DNA of 64,000 bases from an uncultured virus (IMG/VR IMGVR_UViG_3300020469_000014) (lineage: Duplodnaviria; Heunggongvirae; Uroviricota; Caudoviricetes), in IMG/VR virus record IMGVR_UViG_3300020469_000014, positions 62,001 to 126,000 of that record; one strand, 5' to 3'. A program made the position numbers and the translations under genes. Shown in pieces: positions 57,605-64,000 of this stretch. Below the pieces are notes generated by a model. It made no database searches. It had not been told where the DNA came from and saw only the letters and a program-made list of their open reading frames with translations. Every line of letters begins with the position of its first letter. Within the stretch, counting starts at the first letter, position 1.

Positions 57605-58752
57605 AGGTCAATCCTCCATGTCTTCTCATGTATTTCATTATAGTTCTTGACGAAGATAAGACTATCGCCATAATCTTCTTCTAGTTCCTCGCTATATTCA
57701 TCAACAACAGCATCAATCTCTTGAACATATACCGTGTGACCATCCTTTAAAAGATCTTCTACTAGTCTAAGTCGTGGACTTTCAACTATAAGATCACATC
57801 CTATCTTGTAACCAATACTATCAATAAAGAAAGGTAGTCCGTCTACATTTCTTTCTACACAGTAGTTCTTAATGAACTCTGCATGTGCTTCATTGAAATC
57901 ATCAGTTACTTGAGGAAGACTATACTTAAGACCAACCTTATCAGCATAGTGTCCTAAAGCACGGTTGTCACGGGGCAGACAAGGACCTCCGAAACCTAAA
58001 CCATAGTTCAAATATTTAGACCCAATCCTACTGTCCTGTCCGATAGATGATAGAACGTTTTTGATCTCATCACCACACCCAGAATTGTATAGAATCTGAC
58101 CCATCATGTTAGCATAACTGATCTTATATGTAAGGAAACAATTAATACCAATCTTAGTAATCTCTGCAGCAGTATTAGACATGGGGTAGAAGTCTACATC
58201 TCTATCCATGATTCCACAGTAGATTGATTTGATAAGTTCAAATCCTTCCTCATCATTGCCACCACACAGAATCATATCTGCATTTCTCATGTCTCTGATA
58301 ATTGTTCCCTGTGCAACAAACTCAGGACTATAGAATACACTTATACCTCTATCCTCCAATGTTTTGTCTACCTTATCAACAAAGCCTGGATTGGTTGTGC
58401 ATCCAACAATAAATTTCTTACCCTCTAAATTAGGAGATCTAATTAGATCAGACACCACTTCATCAACTAAACTACAATCGTAACTACCATCTTCTAGAGA
58501 TGGCGTAGGAACAAAGGTAAAGATAACATCAGAAGATTTTATAACATCAATATTACTAGTAGTTGCTCTAAGTTTTGTTGATCGAAGTAAAAGATCTTCT
58601 ACCTCTGGTTCATTACTATAAAGTTCTTTAGCGGTAAGTTTATTGACATAACTTGGGTTTATGTCAGAAACATATACATCATGACCAGCGGACTCTGCAA
58701 GCAGGGCAAAACAAATGCCAAGTCTTCCAGCACCGATAACACCGATTTTCAT
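57601..58752 (-). CDS. UDP-glucose/GDP-mannose dehydrogenase family
   Basis: GAGRLG, VPTP, SPEF, AEITK, GFGGPCLPRD. Confidence 0.88.
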   Translation of the reverse strand: MKIGVIGAGRLGICFALLAESAGHDVYVSDINPSYVNKLTAKELYSNEPEVEDLLLRSTKLRATTSNIDVIKSSDVIFTFVPTPSLEDGSYDCSLVDEVVSDLIRSPNLEGKKFIVGCTTNPGFVDKVDKTLEDRGISVFYSPEFVAQGTIIRDMRNADMILCGGNDEEGFELIKSIYCGIMDRDVDFYPMSNTAAEITKIGINCFLTYKISYANMMGQILYNSGCGDEIKNVLSSIGQDSRIGSKYLNYGLGFGGPCLPRDNRALGHYADKVGLKYSLPQVTDDFNEAHAEFIKNYCVERNVDGLPFFIDSIGYKIGCDLIVESPRLRLVEDLLKDGHTVYVQEIDAVVDEYSEELEEDYGDSLIFVKNYNEIHEKTWRIDL

Positions 58753-58759
58753 TGTGAAA

Positions 58760-59521
58760 TTAAACCTCTAATTTGTACGTTGGGATAGGATCCATTTTAT
58801 GTTTGTTTTGGGCATTAAATCTGTTCAAGATTTCTAAGGCAGGACCTGCACCAGTTTCCATTGCCTCTTCTAGTTGTTCGTATGAAGCACCAATCTGGTC
58901 TTCATCGTTTCTACCATCCTCCCACAGTCCATCTGTAGGAGTTGCATTGATGATCTCAGTAATCACTCCGAGTTCTCTTCCGAGCTCTCTGACTTCTGAT
59001 TTATAAAGGTCCGCAATCGGAGCAATGTCAACCCCACCATCACCATACTTAGTATAAAAACCGACTCCATAGTCCTCCACTTTGTTTCCTGTTCCAACCA
59101 CTATACCACCCACATTGGCAGCGACATGATATAGTGTCACCATCCGTAGTCTGGATTTAGTATTGGCTTTCGCCATTGGATTACCAGTATACTCCACACC
59201 TACCTCACTTGTCAAATCAGACATAAGTTTAGCATAGGATTCTGATAGATCTGCTTTTAGAATTTTCACATTAGGATACATTGAACTTAACCAATACATG
59301 TGTGCATCGGATAGAGTTTCTTGTTCTTTGTTTTGATTCAATGGCATACCTACAAGGTAAGTCGGTTTACCTGTTTTTACTGCAAGAGTAGAAGCAACAG
59401 CAGAATCAATTCCACCAGACACTCCTACTACAAAACTATTAATATTATTTGTGTGTGTATATTTGCACAACCACCCAACCATATCAATGGTGAGTGATTT
59501 ATAATCTTTGATTCGATTCAT
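58760..59521 (-). CDS. nadE: NAD+ synthetase, single-domain (NH3-dependent type)
   Basis: GVSGGIDSAV, NTKSRLRM, GTGNKVE, GFYTKYGDGG.D..PI.DLYKSEV, PTDGLW, DEDQIG. Confidence 0.92.
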   Translation of the reverse strand: MNRIKDYKSLTIDMVGWLCKYTHTNNINSFVVGVSGGIDSAVASTLAVKTGKPTYLVGMPLNQNKEQETLSDAHMYWLSSMYPNVKILKADLSESYAKLMSDLTSEVGVEYTGNPMAKANTKSRLRMVTLYHVAANVGGIVVGTGNKVEDYGVGFYTKYGDGGVDIAPIADLYKSEVRELGRELGVITEIINATPTDGLWEDGRNDEDQIGASYEQLEEAMETGAGPALEILNRFNAQNKHKMDPIPTYKLEV

Positions 59522-60330
59522 TTTCTAGTGGCTAGAATGACAGTGTTTTCATAATCACGACCTGTATCAAAGGTGTAATCTTTTTTGATCTTCTCAATGA
59601 AATCATTATAATAGAATTCATTAAAGTTGACAAGGTTGTATATCATATAAACATATTTTGAATTAGTAATAACCTTATCGTAATATGCCATCTGTGTAGG
59701 AAGATCACACTCGGATAGAGCGTAGTTACTGATGAATAAATCTACATCTTTAATCTCTTCGTACTCTGTACATGGAATACATGTTACCTTATCTTTCAGA
59801 TCTTCAAACTGATCTAGATATTTTCTCTGCAAGGCAGATACTTCTGGTAAGTCGATCAAAATATATTGATCAAACTCACACACTTTACTCAAGACTCTAC
59901 AGAGTCCACCATATCCACCACCTACTTCAACAACCTTACCAACTTCAGCACCATCAAGTAAGAATCCCATCTCAAAAGTATTCTTCATATACCTAAGAGT
60001 TGTAGGAGATATTGTACCAGTCATGCCTGGATATGGATACAGTTCTGGATTACCAATCTTGTCATTCTCCTTAAAGGCCTCAAGATTTTCCCATACTGCA
60101 TCCTCATTCATATCCTTACAGATGTTTAGATATGCCTGTCCTTGATCCTTGAGTACATGTTCTAGAATAGTTTTGTACTTTGGATTGGATTTGAAGTTTG
60201 CAAAGGCATCATCAGATGCAACTGCTTCCTTACATGCTTCAAGATATTCTACAGCGATTTGATCTTCTGCTTGCCATCCGCTGCGATCATCTTGAACAGC
60301 AGTGGCAGATACGTCAATGATTTCACTCAT
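59518..60330 (-). CDS. putative sugar O-methyltransferase
   Basis: EVGGGYG, IDLPEV, ISNYALSE. Confidence 0.75.
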   Translation of the reverse strand: MSEIIDVSATAVQDDRSGWQAEDQIAVEYLEACKEAVASDDAFANFKSNPKYKTILEHVLKDQGQAYLNICKDMNEDAVWENLEAFKENDKIGNPELYPYPGMTGTISPTTLRYMKNTFEMGFLLDGAEVGKVVEVGGGYGGLCRVLSKVCEFDQYILIDLPEVSALQRKYLDQFEDLKDKVTCIPCTEYEEIKDVDLFISNYALSECDLPTQMAYYDKVITNSKYVYMIYNLVNFNEFYYNDFIEKIKKDYTFDTGRDYENTVILATRK

Positions 60331-61304
60331 GTTAATTGTGGTTTCTGATTTCTAAGTGGGTCTAGTTGTGCAAAGTAGTTTCCATACATGTAATCCTCTG
60401 CGACTCTCATGCACTGAGCAGTCTCAAAGTTTTCTTGTATTACATCTTTCTTGGATTCATAATACTCTGGTGTGAGTTTATCCCAAGGAATATTCTCCCA
60501 AGGTGTTTTCTCATCTAGGAAGATGATACCTTCTGGATTGAAGTATTGTGCTACTCCAACAGTTCCATAATAGACTGGAATAGTTCCACACGCAAAACAA
60601 TCTGTCAACTTCTCCGTAAAGTAAGTTGGATAGTTTGCATTTTCTACTGCAAAAGAGAACATATAATCTCTCAATGCTCTTGACTTTTCTGTCAGTGGTA
60701 ACTCTTGGGGTAATCCCCAACCAAATAAATCATCACCACCTTGTTTTTTGAAGTAAGATTCTACAACTTTAAGGCGACGTTGATGTCCTAGAGTATATCC
60801 TTTGTTAGATGCGACCATTGAGACAAGTTTTGACTTCTTATAGACTGCCCTATCCATGACCCAAGGAGCAGCATTAGATAAACAATAGAGAAATTTGCCA
60901 TCTGCGCCACTCTCATTCGTTAGTCTCTGATCAGCAGTAAAGATCCCATCAACCCGACTAGCAACAAAATCATAATTCTCTTCTATGAATTTATACTGTT
61001 CTGGAATAATTTCCCTTGACTCTAACAACCAGATAAACTTTGGGTTATCGCTGGTGTCCTCCAAGACTTTTAGTGCCTCCCCATTCACATAGAGATTTAC
61101 TAGACCAGTTCCGTTACGAATCCATCTAGTGTAAACCGACCTATTGTTTGCCGAAGTAGATGGTTCTAATGAATCATTACAATAAAGATTGATAGGAAAT
61201 TTTGAGTCAGGTCCTAGAACAGGAAAGTCCATTCCTGTAGGACTCTTCTTGGCTTTATCAACTGCCTCTCTCAGTGCTGCTGCCTCAGCATCATACTTAT
61301 TCAT
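60327..61304 (-). CDS. GT10-like (alpha-1,3-fucosyltransferase-like) glycosyltransferase
   Basis: YMFSFAVEN...YFTEKLTDCF..GTIPVYYG. Confidence 0.7.
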   Translation of the reverse strand: MNKYDAEAAALREAVDKAKKSPTGMDFPVLGPDSKFPINLYCNDSLEPSTSANNRSVYTRWIRNGTGLVNLYVNGEALKVLEDTSDNPKFIWLLESREIIPEQYKFIEENYDFVASRVDGIFTADQRLTNESGADGKFLYCLSNAAPWVMDRAVYKKSKLVSMVASNKGYTLGHQRRLKVVESYFKKQGGDDLFGWGLPQELPLTEKSRALRDYMFSFAVENANYPTYFTEKLTDCFACGTIPVYYGTVGVAQYFNPEGIIFLDEKTPWENIPWDKLTPEYYESKKDVIQENFETAQCMRVAEDYMYGNYFAQLDPLRNQKPQLT

Positions 61305-62214
61305 AGTCTTTCCTCATCTCCTCAAATACTTTTTTCAAACCTTCTGGAACCGATGTTTTGGGGTTCCAAAACTTCTGGATGAATGGGTCGGGAACGTTCC
61401 TAGCATCCTTTTGCACTTCATCCTTCGACTGTGCTGGAGTAACCGTGATCTCCTTGCCAATACCCGAAAATAATAACTTAATTTCAGACGCAATCTCCAA
61501 CACAGTTGTATAAACACCAGTAGTAATATGAAGTTCATCGTCAGAACAGAGATCGTGGTATGTCTCCATAACAGTCTCCAACGCCTCACAACAGTCCTCC
61601 GCATAAAGAAATTCCCTCGCTTCAGTTCCGTCTGTCATCATATCTATATCACCAGACTCAAACCCTTTACGGATGAAATCTGTAATGACATGTGCCTTGT
61701 TCATGTCTTTCTCAATACCATATACATTCCAGAACTTGACAATCAATCCACCAAGAGACTTAGTATAAAGTTCACCAACTCTCTTCAATACACCATAAGG
61801 AGAGTAAGACATGTTACTCATCTGAGATGATGCAAAGACAAATGGTTTCTTGTGTTTCTCAAGTAGACCAAAGGCATTTGCCATCAGTCTTGTATTATTA
61901 TCTATGAACTGAAAAGTATGTTGATACTTTTTAAGATAGTGTGATCCTCCTACATCAAAGGCGAGGAAGTACACAAAATCTGCCATATAAATTTTGGCTT
62001 CAAGTTCACCATTAGGAATGACTGTCATGTCCTGTTCACTACCATTAGTGATATCAAACTCAAGGACTTCATTCCCCATACGATTAAGATAATCAGTCAG
62101 ATATGCTCCAACTTGACCACCCGATCCCAATACTAAAATCTTACGAGGTTTTAAAGTCTCGTAATACATGTCTTCATAATCCATATTTGAAATAATAACC
62201 TCCATCAAATCCAA
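61297..62214 (-). CDS. NAD-dependent epimerase/dehydratase
   Basis: GSGGQVG, YGVLK (YxxxK), NVYG, REFLY. Confidence 0.85.
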   Translation of the reverse strand: MDLMEVIISNMDYEDMYYETLKPRKILVLGSGGQVGAYLTDYLNRMGNEVLEFDITNGSEQDMTVIPNGELEAKIYMADFVYFLAFDVGGSHYLKKYQHTFQFIDNNTRLMANAFGLLEKHKKPFVFASSQMSNMSYSPYGVLKRVGELYTKSLGGLIVKFWNVYGIEKDMNKAHVITDFIRKGFESGDIDMMTDGTEAREFLYAEDCCEALETVMETYHDLCSDDELHITTGVYTTVLEIASEIKLLFSGIGKEITVTPAQSKDEVQKDARNVPDPFIQKFWNPKTSVPEGLKKVFEEMRKDYE

Positions 62215-62792
62215 TCAACAGAATGCTTCTCATCAAAATTGACAAGACCTGTACCACTCATGTGGCCAATCTCAGTGACATTAATCTTAGGATATGTAAT
62301 TCTATTCCAGAAGTCCTCGATCTCAGGCCATTGAGGTCCAATATCATCTAGGAGAACAATACCTTTCCAACCTTTCTCTTCTAAAAATTCAAACATCTCT
62401 TCCTCTGCCGTTCCATCATGAGGATCAACATCAATCATTATAATAGAAATATGATCCCAATTCAAGTCATCCGATCTAAAGTCTTGAATCTTAAACTCGA
62501 CATTATCTTTCTTGATTCCTTCTGATGCACCTTGCTCAACTAAGTCATAACTAATAACTCTATTTTTGTCATTGTATGATAGTGCAAGGGCAGAACCACC
62601 TGTCCTTGTACCAACATCTAAGATAATAGAATCATTGAATTGTGTAGATAACCAAGAATACAATCGGTATTCACTCTGACCAGCAGAGAGCCAGTCATTT
62701 GGGTTGAGTGATTGTTCTGCAAGATGCGAAACATCTAGACTACTGATTGCATCCTTATCAAGTTGAATTGTTTTCTTAGTTACTTTTCGCAT
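62205..62792 (-). CDS. class I SAM-dependent methyltransferase-like
   Basis: ILDVGTRTGGSA, IDVDPHDG, LLDDI. Confidence 0.65.
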   Translation of the reverse strand: MRKVTKKTIQLDKDAISSLDVSHLAEQSLNPNDWLSAGQSEYRLYSWLSTQFNDSIILDVGTRTGGSALALSYNDKNRVISYDLVEQGASEGIKKDNVEFKIQDFRSDDLNWDHISIIMIDVDPHDGTAEEEMFEFLEEKGWKGIVLLDDIGPQWPEIEDFWNRITYPKINVTEIGHMSGTGLVNFDEKHSVDWI

Positions 62793-63831
62793 GTTCCAAT
62801 ACCTTTGGTGTAATTTCAACTACGCCATGTTGACGAGATTTAATTTGTTCAGTGATCCAAGCATAAGTCTTGGAGATACCTTCTTCAAGAGTCTGTGAAT
62901 AATCCCATCCAAGTTTCTCACGAATGAGATCATTGTTTGAATTACGTCCACGGACACCCAAAGGTGCATCGAGTTTGTGTGCCTTTCTAACAACCTTACC
63001 TGATACCTTAGCAGCAGTTTCTACTAACTGATTGATAGTAACCATTTCTTCAGAACCAATGTTAACAGGTCCTGCAAAATCAGAATCAATCAGCCTACGA
63101 GTTGCTTCAATACACTCATCAATGAAGAGGAAGGATCTCGTCTGCAATCCATCACCCCATACCTCGATCGTTCCTCCCACCTCTGGGAGTAGTGAGACCT
63201 TACGACAGATTGCGGCGGGAGCCTTTTCCTTTCCTCCATCCCATGTTCCTTCTGGTCCAAAAATGTTATGATAACGAGCCACAGAAACGTCAAGGTTGTA
63301 GTTGCGAGCATATGCAAAATACAATCTCTCTGAAAATAGTTTCTCCCATCCATACTCAGAGTCTGGATTGGCTGGGTAGGCAGAGTTTTCACGACAATCA
63401 GGATTGTCTGGATCTAATTGATTATGTTCTGGGTACATACAAGCAGAACTAGAATAGAAGATTTTAGTTTTGTTTACATCTAACAATCTATTCAATGCAA
63501 CTTGTTCGTTCAATACATTAAGATTGATCGAAGCTGAGTTGTGCATGATGTCAGCGGAGTGTTCATCTGTAAAGATATATCCAGCACCACCCATATCGGC
63601 AGCGAACTGGTAGATCTCATCGAAAGCATCTCCTTCCACATCTAAGACTCTTGCCACAAGTCCTACTTCTCTAAGATCACCTCGAACAAAATCATCGGCA
63701 GCACTCATAGAAAAATCGGGGTACTTAATATCAACGCCACGAACCCAATACCCTTCTGATCGTAGTCGTTTTACCATGTGACTTCCAATGAAGCCACCTG
63801 CACCCAATACTAGTGCTGTCTTCTTATCCAT
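62776..63831 (-). CDS. nucleotide-sugar epimerase (GDP-mannose 3,5-epimerase-like)
   Basis: GAGGFIG, AADMGGAG, SSACMYP, YGWEK, KAPAAICRK, GVRGRNS. Confidence 0.88.
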   Translation of the reverse strand: MDKKTALVLGAGGFIGSHMVKRLRSEGYWVRGVDIKYPDFSMSAADDFVRGDLREVGLVARVLDVEGDAFDEIYQFAADMGGAGYIFTDEHSADIMHNSASINLNVLNEQVALNRLLDVNKTKIFYSSSACMYPEHNQLDPDNPDCRENSAYPANPDSEYGWEKLFSERLYFAYARNYNLDVSVARYHNIFGPEGTWDGGKEKAPAAICRKVSLLPEVGGTIEVWGDGLQTRSFLFIDECIEATRRLIDSDFAGPVNIGSEEMVTINQLVETAAKVSGKVVRKAHKLDAPLGVRGRNSNNDLIREKLGWDYSQTLEEGISKTYAWITEQIKSRQHGVVEITPKVLEHAKSN

Positions 63832-63876
63832 AGTTGTATACAAGTTTGAGAAATAAACTTCATCTTATTTATTGTA

Positions 63877-64000
63877 TCACGCACTGACCGTTTTCGCAAT
63901 AACCGTATCCAAAATGTTCACAGTTGGAAACCAACCGAGCTCCATGAGAGGCATGATATCTGCACATAATGAATCAGGTTCATTAGGTGTGTCTTCCTTG
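63877..64000 (-). CDS. C-terminal fragment of a gene, possibly another epimerase
   Basis: ...EPDSLCADIMPLMELGWFPTVNI... resembles SDR epimerase C-termini. Confidence 0.4.
   Translation of the reverse strand, partial: KEDTPNEPDSLCADIMPLMELGWFPTVNILDTVIAKTVSA

Overview
This window is a segment of an AT-rich T4-like cyanomyophage genome, probably infecting Prochlorococcus or marine Synechococcus; nearly all genes are on the minus strand. From left to right it holds: 2OG-Fe(II)/DUF6445 oxygenases and a 2327-aa virion/tail-fibre protein; a circularly permuted (two-piece) tmRNA gene with an unusually long tag; baseplate/tail genes with cp12 embedded; gp32, gp33, exonuclease, phoH, thyX, glutaredoxin, talC, ho1, def and a PsbN-like peptide; tandem glutamine-riboswitch-like aptamers, one enclosing a 54-codon ORF, ahead of a DUF4278-like gene; a carbamoyltransferase, a Mom-like gene and four tRNAs including Ile-UAU; psbD, psbA, three hli genes and several micro-peptides; a manA-like structured leader before a small outer-membrane-like protein; and a glycosylation island that also carries nadE and a nitrilase-family gene. 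The most notable non-ORF signals are the permuted tmRNA, the ORF nested in an aptamer, and a dispersed ~70-nt leader repeat. All family assignments come from motif recognition by eye; no database searches were run.
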